DNA of 64,000 bases from an uncultured Bacteroidales bacterium (GCA_900316305.1 ONCM01000001.1:3380-67379); one strand, 5' to 3'; counted from the stretch's first letter, positions 35,016-45,056 are shown. The notes: generated from the letters alone by a model not told the origin. Numbers and translations: made by a program.

Positions 35016-36524
35016 TTACCGTAATTTTTTGAGCAATTCCACCGTCAGATCGGCGATGGGCAGGCGGTATTGGGCCATGGTATCGCGCTCGCGAACCGTG
35101 ACCGTCTGGTCCTCCTTGGTCTGGTTGTCGATGGTGACGCAGAACGGCGTGCCGATGGCATCCTGACGACGATAGCGGCGACCGATGGCGTCTTTGTCCT
35201 CGTACTGCACCATGAAGTCCTTCTTCAGCATGTCGAAGATCTCCTGGCCGATTTCCGGCAGACCGTCTTTCTTGACCAGCGGCAACACAGCCACCTTGTA
35301 GGGAGCCAACTTCGCGGGCAGACGCAGCACCGTACGGGTGGAGCCATCCTCCAAGGTCTCCTCAGTGTAAGCGTGACTGAAGACAGCGAGGAACATACGA
35401 TCCACACCGATAGAGGTCTCGATGACGTAAGGCACGTAGTTTTCGTTTACTTCGGGGTCGAAGTAGCGCAATTTCTTGCCGGAATACTGCTCATGTTGCG
35501 ACAGGTCGAAGTTCGTGCGGGAGTGGATGCCCTCCAATTCCTTGAAGCCGAACGGGAATTTGAATTCGATGTCAGTGGCGGCGTTGGCGTAGTGGGCCAG
35601 TTTCTCGTGGTCGTGGAAACGGTAGTTCTCGGGAGCAATGCCTAGGTCGGTATGCCACTGCAAACGGGTCTGTTTCCAGTAGTCGAACCACTTGAGTTCC
35701 TCACCGGGCTTCACGAAGAACTGCATCTCCATCTGCTCGAACTCGCGCATACGGAAGATGAACTGGCGAGCTACAATCTCGTTACGGAAAGCCTTGCCTA
35801 TCTGCGCGATACCGAACGGCAGTTTCATGCGGCCGGTCTTGTAGATGTTGAGGAAGTTCACGAAGATACCCTGCGCCGTCTCGGGACGGAGATAGATGGT
35901 GTCGGCGCCGTCAGCAACAGAACCGAGCTTGGTGGCGAACATCAGGTTAAACTGACGGACATCCGTCCAGTTGCGCGTACCGGAAATGGGACAAGCGATG
36001 CCCAATTCTTCGATGAGCGCTTTCAAACCGACGAGGTCGTTGTTGTTCATCAGCTCCGCAAAACGCTTGCGGATGTCATCCACCTGCGCCTGATATTGCA
36101 CCACGCGGGTGTTGGTCTGACGATAGAGAGACTCGTCGAAGTTGTTGAAGCGCTTTTTCGCCTTCTCAATCTCTTTATCTATCTTATCCTCAATCTTTTG
36201 GATATGGTCTTCAATCAGCACATCGGCACGGTAGCGTTTCTTGGAATCCTTATTGTCGATCAACGGGTCGTTGAACGCATCCACATGGCCGGAAGCCTTC
36301 CAGATGGTGGGGTGCATGAAAATGGCGCTGTCCAGACCGACGATGTTCTCGTGGTACTGCACCATCGACTTCCACCAATACTGTTTGATGTTATTCTTCA
36401 GCTCCACGCCGTTTTGACCGTAGTCATACACCGCGCTCAAGCCGTCATAAATTTCGCTGGAAGGGAAAATAAAGCCATACTCTTTCGCATGGGCTATGAT
36501 TTGTTTGAAAAGATCTTCGTTCAT
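35016..36524 (-). CDS. glyQS: glycine--tRNA ligase (dimeric class II)
   Basis: 502 aa with GKAFRNEIVARQFIFRMREFEQMEMQFF and an anticodon-binding region KVAVLPLVKKDG. Confidence 0.9.
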   Translation of the reverse strand: MNEDLFKQIIAHAKEYGFIFPSSEIYDGLSAVYDYGQNGVELKNNIKQYWWKSMVQYHENIVGLDSAIFMHPTIWKASGHVDAFNDPLIDNKDSKKRYRADVLIEDHIQKIEDKIDKEIEKAKKRFNNFDESLYRQTNTRVVQYQAQVDDIRKRFAELMNNNDLVGLKALIEELGIACPISGTRNWTDVRQFNLMFATKLGSVADGADTIYLRPETAQGIFVNFLNIYKTGRMKLPFGIAQIGKAFRNEIVARQFIFRMREFEQMEMQFFVKPGEELKWFDYWKQTRLQWHTDLGIAPENYRFHDHEKLAHYANAATDIEFKFPFGFKELEGIHSRTNFDLSQHEQYSGKKLRYFDPEVNENYVPYVIETSIGVDRMFLAVFSHAYTEETLEDGSTRTVLRLPAKLAPYKVAVLPLVKKDGLPEIGQEIFDMLKKDFMVQYEDKDAIGRRYRRQDAIGTPFCVTIDNQTKEDQTVTVRERDTMAQYRLPIADLTVELLKKLR

Positions 36525-36532
36525 TTTATAAT

Positions 36533-36560
36533 GGTTATGGGTTATCGGTTATTGAAGTTT
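36533..36560. repeat. heptamer array GGTTATN x4
   Basis: ggttatg ggttatc ggttatt gaagttt. Confidence 0.8.
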
Positions 36561-36574
36561 ACAGTGATTTGACA

Positions 36575-36644
36575 TTCATCGTTTTTCATCGTTTTTCATC
36601 GTTTTTCATCGTTTTTCATCGTCCTTCATCGTTCTTCATCGTCC
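36575..36644. repeat. 10-bp tandem array TTCATCGTYY x7
   Basis: ttcatcgttt x4, then ttcatcgtcc, ttcatcgttc, ttcatcgtcc. T5 tracts are phased at 10 bp. Confidence 0.95.
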
Positions 36645-37369
36645 TATTCGAAAATGAATGAAATTTGCAAGTTCTTGGCTTTCAAGCCAGTGACGCTGGT
36701 CGCATACATATTGTCTTCGGGCACGAGCATGTTCAGGAAACCGAAGGACATCTTGAGTTCGGTGGAGAATTTGAAGTAGGTGCAATAGAAGTCGAAACCG
36801 ACGCCCACCTGCGCCTGCACGTCGTGGGGGTTGAGTTTCAGCACGACCTCACCATTGTCCGGCGCTTTCTTCTTCTTAGCGGAAATCATGTCGAAAGTGT
36901 ATTGTCCGCCGGCCACCACGTAGGCCCGCACGTTGTTGAGCATTCGGGAAGACTTGTACTTGAGCAGGAGGGGAATATCCAAATAGACGGATTCCACATT
37001 CTTGCCGGTGACAATCTCTGTACCAGAAGAATAACGGATGGTATAGTTAATGTAGCGGTCGCCGAACGAAAGTCCGGGGATGAACCGCAGGTCAAAATAC
37101 TTACCCAATCGCACATTGGTGACGATACCGAGGCTGAAACCGCTCATGGAGTGGGTGTTGATCATCATCAAAGAGTCGTACTCCGCCAAGTCAGGCTTCG
37201 ACGAAATCATATAGTCGAACTGATTGTAACCCAACGTGAAACCAAAATGGAATGGTTTCTTGTCGTACTTCAGCAAGTTGGGCACACCGAACTGGGCGTT
37301 CGCGGTAACCGTCACGGCGAGAAGGAGTGTTGTAAGAACTATTAATCGTTTCAATCTCATAATATTCAA
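36644..37369 (-). CDS. outer-membrane beta-barrel protein (PorT / OMP_b-brl_2-like)
   Basis: Signal peptide ..VTANAQ, an alternating beta-strand pattern and a C-terminal aromatic ISFIFE. Confidence 0.55.
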   Translation of the reverse strand: MNIMRLKRLIVLTTLLLAVTVTANAQFGVPNLLKYDKKPFHFGFTLGYNQFDYMISSKPDLAEYDSLMMINTHSMSGFSLGIVTNVRLGKYFDLRFIPGLSFGDRYINYTIRYSSGTEIVTGKNVESVYLDIPLLLKYKSSRMLNNVRAYVVAGGQYTFDMISAKKKKAPDNGEVVLKLNPHDVQAQVGVGFDFYCTYFKFSTELKMSFGFLNMLVPEDNMYATSVTGLKAKNLQISFIFE

Positions 37370-37433
37370 AATCAGACTGCCAGTAACGAGATTCAGAGCG
37401 TTTTAGTATTTATTTTGTGAAAAATATCCTCAA

Positions 37434-38435
37434 TTACATATTGCGAGCCAGTTCCTCTTTGAGCTGGGCTCCGTTGATGGGCACCACGCCGACATATTCG
37501 CAAACCAAACCGCCGGCCAGGTTGGAAGCCAGACAGGTCTCTTCCACAGTATGTCCCTTGAGCAGGAAGAGCGTGGAGACGGAAATCACCGTGTCGCCGG
37601 CACCGGAAACGTCGCTCACGCGGCGATGGAAAGCCGGCTGATGATAAAACTTGTCGTTTTTGCGGTCGTAGAAGGCGATGCCTCGGGAGGACATGGTCAC
37701 CATCACCTTGTCAATATGCTGTTTTTCAGCGAAATCCTTGGCCACCTCGTGAATCTCATCCAGCGAGAGCTCCACGTTCTCCTCCATGTGGAGACCTTTC
37801 GTGAGCTCCTTCATGTTGGGTTTGAAGAGGTTGACATTCGTATAGTTGTTGAAGTTCTTCTCTTTGGGATCGACCGCCACATAGATGTTCTTCTTGTGGG
37901 CGAAAGCGATGATTTCGGAAATCAGATCCTGGGAGAAGAGTCCCTTGTCATAATCTTCAAAAATGAGGGCATCGATGTCGTTATGGTCGATAATCTGCTC
38001 CACGGTGGTGAGGAACTGCCGTTTTTCGCGCTCCTTGAGCTGCTGCACGCGCTCGTCATCGACACGCACAATGTGGCAGTCGTTACCGATGATGCGGTAT
38101 TTGATGGTGGTGCGTCGGCCGAACATCGGGACGATGGCGTCAGAGGTCAAGTCACAGTCTTCCATTAAATTATAGAACACCTTGGCTTTGGAATCGCTAC
38201 CAATGACCGAACAGAGGATCGGATCCGCACCAAGGGACTTGAGGTTGAGCGCCACATTGGCGGCACCACCCAGACGATAGCTGCGGCTCTGCACATTCAC
38301 GATCGGAACCGGCGCCTCAGGACTGATTCGGGAAACCTTTCCGGTGAGGTAACAGTCGATCATTACATCGCCGATTACCAATATCTTAGCATTTTTGAAT
38401 TCATCAAAAATCTGATCTACTTTGTCTATTTTCAT
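37434..38435 (-). CDS. D-glycero-beta-D-manno-heptose-7-phosphate kinase (RfaE domain I, PfkB family)
   Basis: ILVIGDVMIDCYLTGKVSRISPEAPVPIV and SGAGDTV. The ATG at 38435 is preferred because a -7 box overlaps the TTG at 38456. Confidence 0.8.
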   Translation of the reverse strand: MKIDKVDQIFDEFKNAKILVIGDVMIDCYLTGKVSRISPEAPVPIVNVQSRSYRLGGAANVALNLKSLGADPILCSVIGSDSKAKVFYNLMEDCDLTSDAIVPMFGRRTTIKYRIIGNDCHIVRVDDERVQQLKEREKRQFLTTVEQIIDHNDIDALIFEDYDKGLFSQDLISEIIAFAHKKNIYVAVDPKEKNFNNYTNVNLFKPNMKELTKGLHMEENVELSLDEIHEVAKDFAEKQHIDKVMVTMSSRGIAFYDRKNDKFYHQPAFHRRVSDVSGAGDTVISVSTLFLLKGHTVEETCLASNLAGGLVCEYVGVVPINGAQLKEELARNM

Positions 38436-38453
38436 CTCTAAAAAATTAGCCGG

Positions 38454-38461
38454 CAAAGATA
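38454..38461 (-). promoter_or_regulatory. -7 box TATCTTTG for the heptose kinase gene
   Basis: The plus strand reads caaagata, 19 nt upstream of ATG 38435. Confidence 0.45.
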
Positions 38462-38470
38462 CAATTTTTT

Positions 38471-38505
38471 CGGTTTCAAGTTTAAGGTTTCAGGTTTCAA
38501 TTTTT
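38471..38505. repeat. heptamer array AGGTTTC-like x5
   Basis: cggtttc aagttta aggtttc aggtttc aattttt. Confidence 0.85.
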
Positions 38506-38519
38506 TGGAGTTATGTCAC

Positions 38520-38547
38520 TGGTCAAAAGTCAATAGTCAATGGTCGA
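38520..38547. repeat. heptamer array TRGTCAA x4
   Basis: tggtcaa aagtcaa tagtcaa tggtcga. Confidence 0.85.
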
Positions 38548-38557
38548 AAAAAAAGAG

Positions 38558-38565
38558 TATTTTTG
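38558..38565 (+). promoter_or_regulatory. -7 box TATTTTTG for the NfeD gene
   Basis: Lies 31 nt upstream of ATG 38596. Confidence 0.45.
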
Positions 38566-38595
38566 CCGCTTGAATTATAGTTAGAACGAACACGT

Positions 38596-39942
38596 ATGAA
38601 AAAAGCATATTTCATCTTGGTGGCGTTATTCGCACTTAGTTTCGCCGTTTTGGCCCAGCAACCCAAAGCCTATTACTACAAAATCGACGACAACATCTCC
38701 AAGCCGGCGCTGCGGCTCACCGAGAAGGCGGTCAAGGAGGCCGAGGAGGGCAAGTTCGACTACTTGATGCTGGAGCTCAATACCTTCGGCGGCGAGTTGG
38801 AGGCGGCCGACAAGATCCGCACCCTGCTGCTGAACACCAAGGTGCCGACCATCGTCTTCATCAACAACAACGCGGCATCGGCGGGCGCGCTCATCTCCAT
38901 CGCGTGCGACAGCATCTACATGATGCCCGGAGCCTCCATCGGCGCGGCCTCTGTGGTCAACCAGACCGGCGAGATCATGCCCGACAAGTATCAGTCGTAC
39001 ATGCGCTCGCTCATGCGCACCACCGCCGAGCATAATGGCCGCAACCCCAACATCGCGCAGGCGATGGTCGATCCCGACGTGAAAATTCCCGGCATTAGCG
39101 ATTCCGGCAAAGTGCTGACCTTCACTTCCGAGGAGGCCGCCAAAAACGGTTTCTGCGAGGGCGTGGTGAGCAGCCGCGAAGAAGCCCTGTCGCACGTCAG
39201 TGAGACTCCTGTCGAAATCACCGAGCAAGAACTCTCCACCATCGACAAGATCATCAACTTCCTGGTCAACCCAGTCGTCAGCGGCATCCTCATCATGTGC
39301 ATCGTGGGCGGCCTCTATTTCGAGCTGCAGGCCCCGGGACTCGGGCTTCCCTCCATCATTGCCATTACCGCTGCCCTACTCTTCTTCGCGCCACACTACC
39401 TCGAAGGTCTTGCCGCACACTGGGAAATCCTGCTTTTCATCGCCGGACTGGTACTGCTGATGTTGGAGTTCTTCGTCGTGCCCGGATTCGGTGTCACGGG
39501 CATCTCCGGCATTGTGCTGATCGTCGCCTCGCTGGTGCTTACATTAGTATATAATGTGGGGTTCAAATTCAGCTTCGACCCCGAATTCAACGCTTCGGCC
39601 TATATCAGCAAGATGACGATACTCGTGCTAGTAAGCTGTCTGGCAGGCTTTTTCCTGTCGTTATGGCTGGGCAAAAAACTGATTCTCGCCGAGACGCGCT
39701 TCGGCTCGCTGGCGTTACGCACTGAGCTGGAGAGCAAAAACGGCTTCAACTCCCAAGACCTGACTATGAAAGAGTATGTTGGGAAAGAGGGCGTGGCGCA
39801 GACCATCCTGCGTCCCTCCGGCAAAGTCAACATCGACGGCGAAGTGCTGGACGCCACCATAGAGCACGGCTACGCTGAAACCGGCGACAAAATCAAAGTC
39901 ACCCGCTTCGAAAACGCCCAACTTTTCGTCCGAAAATTATAA
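38596..39942 (+). CDS. NfeD family membrane-bound ClpP-class protease
   Basis: Signal peptide, a ClpP-like N-domain (NNAASAGALISIACD), a 4-5 TM block and a C-terminal NfeD OB-like domain. Confidence 0.75.
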   Translation: MKKAYFILVALFALSFAVLAQQPKAYYYKIDDNISKPALRLTEKAVKEAEEGKFDYLMLELNTFGGELEAADKIRTLLLNTKVPTIVFINNNAASAGALISIACDSIYMMPGASIGAASVVNQTGEIMPDKYQSYMRSLMRTTAEHNGRNPNIAQAMVDPDVKIPGISDSGKVLTFTSEEAAKNGFCEGVVSSREEALSHVSETPVEITEQELSTIDKIINFLVNPVVSGILIMCIVGGLYFELQAPGLGLPSIIAITAALLFFAPHYLEGLAAHWEILLFIAGLVLLMLEFFVVPGFGVTGISGIVLIVASLVLTLVYNVGFKFSFDPEFNASAYISKMTILVLVSCLAGFFLSLWLGKKLILAETRFGSLALRTELESKNGFNSQDLTMKEYVGKEGVAQTILRPSGKVNIDGEVLDATIEHGYAETGDKIKVTRFENAQLFVRKL

Positions 39943-39961
39943 TTGAAAATATATCACCCCC

Positions 39962-40030
39962 CTATTCTACATTCTTCATTCTACATTCTTCATTCTACAT
40001 TCTACATTCTTCATTCTTCATTCTACATTA
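39962..40030. repeat. heptamer array ACATTCT/TCATTCT x10
   Basis: Read directly in the sequence. The last unit contains the stop of cdd. Confidence 0.95.
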
Positions 40031-40516
40031 TTTCGGCAGGAACCCCGCATGAAACGTATAAGGCAGCAGCGGGGCAACGCTATGAAAATGGTAGATTGGG
40101 CCTTCCTGACCCGAAAGAATGACCTCTATGGGGTGTCCGAACTTCTGTTCGTACTCGAAAAGCACCTGACGGCAGCTGCCGCACGGGGAGACCGGCTCCT
40201 TCAGCGGCTCTTCGGGATTGATGGCCGTGATCACAATCTTGTTGAAAGGCACTTCGGGATACATGGCCGAGGCCGAAAATGCCGCCACCCGTTCCGCACA
40301 AAGTCCGCACGGATAGACCGCATTCTCCTGATTTGCCCCAGTGACCACTTTCCCGTTGTTCATCAAGATGGCTGCACCGACCTGAAAATGAGAGTATTTC
40401 GCATACGCACGGGTGGCAGCCTCTTCCGCCTGAGCCAACAATGCCATCAAATCTTCGGGCAGTTCCTCGCGGCTCTCATACACCCGCATCTCCGTTTCCA
40501 ATGTGATTTTCTTCAT
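40028..40516 (-). CDS. cdd: cytidine deaminase
   Basis: Zinc motifs CAERVA and PCGSCRQVL, in a 162-aa protein. Confidence 0.88.
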   Translation of the reverse strand: MKKITLETEMRVYESREELPEDLMALLAQAEEAATRAYAKYSHFQVGAAILMNNGKVVTGANQENAVYPCGLCAERVAAFSASAMYPEVPFNKIVITAINPEEPLKEPVSPCGSCRQVLFEYEQKFGHPIEVILSGQEGPIYHFHSVAPLLPYTFHAGFLPK

Positions 40517-40541
40517 ATTTTACAGGATCAAAACACAGCCG

Positions 40542-40549
40542 CAAAGGTA
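40542..40549 (-). promoter_or_regulatory. -7 box TACCTTTG for cdd
   Basis: The plus strand reads caaaggta, 26 nt upstream of ATG 40516. Confidence 0.45.
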
Positions 40550-40595
40550 GAAATTTTTCCGTCATCTTTCCTCAAAAAAATATCCATAGAAATTT

Positions 40596-40603
40596 TATTT
40601 TTG
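40596..40603 (+). promoter_or_regulatory. -7 box TATTTTTG for the beta-helix protein gene
   Basis: Lies 20-35 nt upstream of the candidate ATGs at 40623 and 40638. Confidence 0.45.
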
Positions 40604-40622
40604 CAGGTTTTTAGACCCCTTA

Positions 40623-42632
40623 TTGAATTCATCGGAAATGTCACATTTTCATCATATAAAATCAATTGATATTCAAAGATTTAAGATAGTATTTATCCTG
40701 ATTTTCGTTGCACTGGCCAGCGTGGGTCAGGCACAGCATCAGGAGCGGAAAGACACTGTCACGACCGTATCGCCGTTCGATTTCGGACTGGCGGAGGCTG
40801 AGACGGACAGCGCACGCTACGACGCGCTCTACCGCACACACCTGTACGCCATCTCTATCGGGGCAGAAGTCTCCTACCAGGGCATCGGCACGCTGACCGT
40901 GGAGATCACGGAAAGTGCGCGCCCCATCCCGTTGACCCGTCACAACAACTTCAACGGACTCCAGCTGATCGTCAAGAACAGCGCCAAAGCGCAATATCTC
41001 TTCACCCTGTACGACACCGTATGGCAGGAAATCACGTTAGAACCTAAGATGGTGGATTCCAGCAACTTCCATGGCGTTGAAGAGTTGTCGAACGGCACGT
41101 ATATGCTCGTCTTGGAGGATCTCACCCCTTGGGTCGCCAACCGCGCCGGCCACAAATACGGCGCCATGCGCAAAGACATCATGCTGGTGGAGAACGGCAA
41201 GGGCAGCAACCGTCCCACCGCTTTCTACAGCACCGACTCCACCGTGCTCTTCGCCAAATTCCACCTCACCGACAATGAGATGAAGACCATCACCGACCTC
41301 TCCATCACCCGCGACACTTCTTCCACCGTCAAGACCTACTGTTTCGACATCAATGGTATCAACAATCTCAAAATCAGCAAAGTAAACATCTACACGCCCG
41401 ACACGAAAAACATGTACGCCGATGCGGCCATCAACATCGAAAACTGTACCAACCTCCGGATGGAGGACGTGCTGATTGAGGGAACCTACTCGCGCACCAA
41501 CAATTACGGCTACGGCATCCAGATGAACAATGTCTGGAACAGCAACTTCGTGCGACTCACCGGTCATGCAAACTGGGGCATCTTCGGCACCAACAACCTG
41601 AATAACACTACCTTGCGAAACTGCGACATCAACCGTTTCGACATCCACTGCTACGGTCGCGACGTCTTTTTTTACCACTGCGCATTCCATGAGCTTTACA
41701 ACCAGTTCTCGTCCCTGTTCGGCAAACTGCAGTTCGAGGAGTGCCGTTTCTCCGACTTCGTCCCGGTGTTGTTCGAGCCTTCGTACAACGCCTACACCGG
41801 CTTCGACCTCCTGTTCAAAAACTGCATCTTCGATGCCACCTATTCCCATAACTACCTAGTTTCAGCAGGAAAACTGGACAACCAACGAAATTCCCGTCCC
41901 GAACTCGCCCAGAAATGCTGGCCCAACGTCCGCATCCAGAACATGACCGTCAACGTACCAGCCAACGTCTCCCGGGTCGTCCTTTTCGCCCCGAAAACCG
42001 CCGCCAGCACGAACGTCAGCCACATCACCGGCATCACCGTTGACGGCCTGCGGTTCCACTACCCCGATTCCACGCATCTCGCCAACTTCACCATCTGCAG
42101 CACTCCGGTCACCTCCACCAAGACCATCCGCTACCAGTTCAAGAACGTCATCCTCATCCCGGATGTGGAGCGAATGAACAAACAGGCCGAGCAGAAGCTC
42201 AAATACCCCGCTTGTCTGGCCTTCAACCTCTATCGCAGCAAAAACGACGAAATCGTGGTTTCCGATTCGCGCCTCAACTTCAACGTGACCGAAAACAGCC
42301 AATACAATATCCAGTACAACAACTGCCATATCGGTCTGATCCGCTACAGTTCCAACTCCAACGGCACCAAGCGCAACTACAACCGCTGCACCCTCTATCT
42401 CAACAACTCCGACGATGCGAGATACTACATCGACAACCACGCCAATTACTACAAATGCACCTTTATTCCTTGCAGTGACAAGATGTACATCAGTTTTTAC
42501 GGGGTCAACAACGATGTCGTCATCAAAAACTGCAAGACCACCCGCAAAAGCCGCCTCTTCTACCAAGGACAGAAAGACAACATCGAGTTGAAGGGGTTTG
42601 TGATCAAGGGATCGGAGAAATACTGGAAATAA
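40623..42632 (+). CDS. secreted right-handed beta-helix repeat protein (hypothetical)
   Basis: Signal peptide ..ASVGQAQ, with repeated N-C/N-x-I/V turns (IENCTNLRMEDVLIEG, LRNCDINRFDIH, FKNCIFDA, IKNCKTT). Confidence 0.45.
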   Translation: MNSSEMSHFHHIKSIDIQRFKIVFILIFVALASVGQAQHQERKDTVTTVSPFDFGLAEAETDSARYDALYRTHLYAISIGAEVSYQGIGTLTVEITESARPIPLTRHNNFNGLQLIVKNSAKAQYLFTLYDTVWQEITLEPKMVDSSNFHGVEELSNGTYMLVLEDLTPWVANRAGHKYGAMRKDIMLVENGKGSNRPTAFYSTDSTVLFAKFHLTDNEMKTITDLSITRDTSSTVKTYCFDINGINNLKISKVNIYTPDTKNMYADAAINIENCTNLRMEDVLIEGTYSRTNNYGYGIQMNNVWNSNFVRLTGHANWGIFGTNNLNNTTLRNCDINRFDIHCYGRDVFFYHCAFHELYNQFSSLFGKLQFEECRFSDFVPVLFEPSYNAYTGFDLLFKNCIFDATYSHNYLVSAGKLDNQRNSRPELAQKCWPNVRIQNMTVNVPANVSRVVLFAPKTAASTNVSHITGITVDGLRFHYPDSTHLANFTICSTPVTSTKTIRYQFKNVILIPDVERMNKQAEQKLKYPACLAFNLYRSKNDEIVVSDSRLNFNVTENSQYNIQYNNCHIGLIRYSSNSNGTKRNYNRCTLYLNNSDDARYYIDNHANYYKCTFIPCSDKMYISFYGVNNDVVIKNCKTTRKSRLFYQGQKDNIELKGFVIKGSEKYWK

Positions 42633-42917
42633 CTGTTGGCTTTTAGCTATTGGCTGTTGGCTATTGGCTTTTGACCATTAACCATTGACCATTAAACATT
42701 AACCATTGACCATTAAACATTAAACATTAAACATTAAACATTAAACATTAAACATTAAACATTAAACTCCTAAACTTCTAAGCTTCTAAACTACTAAGCT
42801 TCTAAACTACTAAGCTTCTAAACTTCTAAGCTTCTAAGCTCCTAAACCCCTAAGCGTTAACCGTTAACCGCCATCCGTTAATAATATTCTACATTCTACA
42901 TTCTTCATTCTACATTT
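42633..42917. repeat. ~285-bp composite array: heptamers (CTRTTGG, CCATTRA, ACATTAA), then 8-mers (CTNCTAAR x11, 42767-42854), then heptamers (CGTTAAC, TACATTC)
   Basis: Counted unit by unit. It starts 1 nt after the stop of 40623..42632. Confidence 0.95.
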
Positions 42918-42922
42918 TTTTA

Positions 42923-42930
42923 TATATTTG
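42923..42930 (+). promoter_or_regulatory. -7 box TATATTTG upstream of pepO
   Basis: Lies 60 nt upstream of ATG 42990. Confidence 0.35.
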
Positions 42931-42935
42931 CCGTT

Positions 42936-42961
42936 CCCCTAACCTAGGGGCGTTTTTATTT
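42936..42961 (+). terminator. hairpin plus T-run at the end of the 285-bp repeat array
   Basis: CCCCTA-acc-TAGGGG followed by cgTTTTTaTTTT. It overlaps the predicted pepO transcription start region, so its role is ambiguous. Confidence 0.4.
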
Positions 42962-42989
42962 TAGAATACTGATTTTTAATCAATTAGAA

Positions 42990-45056
42990 ATGAAAAAAAA
43001 CATTATGATGGCGAGTGTTTTGGCACTCGGTTTTATTTTTTTCGCTAATACAACGAGTATGGCAACCCCTGCAAAACCCAAAAAACCGAAAAAACAGACT
43101 TCCGGTGTTGCGGCCAGCAACCTGGACAAGACGGTGAAACCCACCGCTGATTTCTATCAGTACGCTTGTGGCGGCTGGATGGCTGCCAATCCGCTGGGCG
43201 ACGAGTACGCCCGTTACGGCAGCTTCGATGTGCTGGCCGAGAACAACCAGGAGCAGCTCAAAGAGTTGGTGACCAAGATTGCGTCGCAGAAAAACGCTCC
43301 CGGCTCCATTGAGCAGAAAATCGCGGACTTCTACAACACAGGTATGGCCACTGGCGACCTCGACCGTGGCGGTGCCAACCCCATCCAACCCGAATTGAAA
43401 ACCATCAACAGCCTCCAACGCGACGGTCTTTCCGTGCAGCTCGCCCAGATGCTGATGAACGGCCAAACGCCCTTCTTCGCCCTGTTCGGTTCCGCCGACC
43501 CTGACAACAGCAGCATGACCATCGCCCACATTTGGCAGTCGGGTCTCGGTATCGGCGACCGCGACTACTATTTGGATAAGGACCAGCAAAACATTAGAGA
43601 TGAGTACGTTAAGTTGGTGGCGAAGATGCTCGGCATGTCGGGCTACAGCGCGATGGCCGGCTTCAAAGGCTACGAGACCGAAATGGCCAACCGCGTGATG
43701 GCCTTGGAGACCCTGCTGGCGCAATACGCCATTGACAAGACCGTGCTGCGCGACCCCTACCAGACCATCCACAAATGCACGCCCGCGGAATTCCAACAGC
43801 TGATCCCCGCCCTCAATGTGCAACAATATCTGAAAACCTTGAACTTGAAGGTCGACACGCTCAACGTGAGCCAACCCACCTATATCCAAGGCGTGAACAA
43901 CATCCTGGAAGTCATCGACTTCAACGTGGTGAAAGCCTATCTCGCCTGGAACGTTATCCGCAACAGCGCCGGCTATCTGAGCGATGAGTTCGTGGATGCC
44001 AGCTTCGATTTCTACGGCAAGACCCTTTCCGGCCGCAAGGAGAACCGTCCGCGCTGGAAACGCGTCATCGACAACCTTGACGAATGTCTCGGCGAGGCCG
44101 TCGGTCAGATGTACGTCAAAAACTACTTCCCAGCAGAGGCCAAGGAGCGCATGGAACAGCTGGTCAAGAACCTGCAATGGGCTCTCGGCGAGCGCATCAA
44201 GGCTTCCACCTGGATGACCGACCAAACCAAGAAGAACGCCCTCGACAAGTTGGCCGCTTTCACCGTGAAGATCGGCTATCCTGACAAATGGCGCGACTAC
44301 AGCGGTCTGACCATCGGTACGGAGAGCTATTACGCCAACGTGAAGAACTCCCGCCAATTCGACATGGCCTACAATTTGAGCAAGATCGGCAAGAAAGTCG
44401 ATCCCACCGAGTGGCAGATGACCCCGCAGACGGTGAACGCCTACTACGATCCCACCACCAACGAGATCTGCTTCCCCGCCGGCATCCTGCAACCCCCGTT
44501 CTTCGACATGAACGCGGATGACGCCGCCAACTACGGTGCCATCGGCGTGGTGATCGGCCACGAAATGACCCACGGCTTCGACGACCAGGGCCGCAACTAC
44601 GACAAGGACGGCAACCTCGCCGACTGGTGGACCGAGAAGGACGCTGAAATCTTCAAGGAGAAAGCGCAACTCATTGTAGATCATTTCAACAGCATCGAAG
44701 TCGCTCCTGGCACCTATGCCAACGGTGAGTTTACCTTGGGTGAGAACATTGCCGACAACGGTGGTTTGAACGTATCCTACACCGCTTTCCAGAAGGCCAA
44801 GAAAGACGGCCAGATCAAAGGCGAAATGGACGGTTTCACCCCCGAGCAGCGTTTCTTCCTGGCTTACGCTGCCGTCTGGGCCGCCAACATCCGCGAAGCT
44901 GAAATCCTGCGCCGCACCAAGAGCGACCCGCACGCCCTCGGCCGCTGGCGCGTCAACGCCACCTTGCGCCACATCGACCCCTTCTACGAAGCCTTCAACA
45001 TCCAACCCGGCGACCCGATGTACATGGCACCGGAAAAACGCTCGCATATTTGGTAG
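42990..45056 (+). CDS. pepO: M13 family zinc metallopeptidase (PepO/endothelin-converting-enzyme-like)
   Basis: HEMTHGFD zinc motif, plus ENIADNGG and NAYYDP, in a 688-aa protein with a signal peptide. Confidence 0.9.
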   Translation: MKKNIMMASVLALGFIFFANTTSMATPAKPKKPKKQTSGVAASNLDKTVKPTADFYQYACGGWMAANPLGDEYARYGSFDVLAENNQEQLKELVTKIASQKNAPGSIEQKIADFYNTGMATGDLDRGGANPIQPELKTINSLQRDGLSVQLAQMLMNGQTPFFALFGSADPDNSSMTIAHIWQSGLGIGDRDYYLDKDQQNIRDEYVKLVAKMLGMSGYSAMAGFKGYETEMANRVMALETLLAQYAIDKTVLRDPYQTIHKCTPAEFQQLIPALNVQQYLKTLNLKVDTLNVSQPTYIQGVNNILEVIDFNVVKAYLAWNVIRNSAGYLSDEFVDASFDFYGKTLSGRKENRPRWKRVIDNLDECLGEAVGQMYVKNYFPAEAKERMEQLVKNLQWALGERIKASTWMTDQTKKNALDKLAAFTVKIGYPDKWRDYSGLTIGTESYYANVKNSRQFDMAYNLSKIGKKVDPTEWQMTPQTVNAYYDPTTNEICFPAGILQPPFFDMNADDAANYGAIGVVIGHEMTHGFDDQGRNYDKDGNLADWWTEKDAEIFKEKAQLIVDHFNSIEVAPGTYANGEFTLGENIADNGGLNVSYTAFQKAKKDGQIKGEMDGFTPEQRFFLAYAAVWAANIREAEILRRTKSDPHALGRWRVNATLRHIDPFYEAFNIQPGDPMYMAPEKRSHIW

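Noticed and set aside
42984-45047. A 687-aa ORF on the minus strand that spans the whole pepO gene.
   Set aside because: It is the antisense shadow of a gene with strong codon bias. The product is Val/Gly/Ala/His-rich and low-complexity with no motifs, whereas the + strand product has the HEMTHGFD M13 signature.
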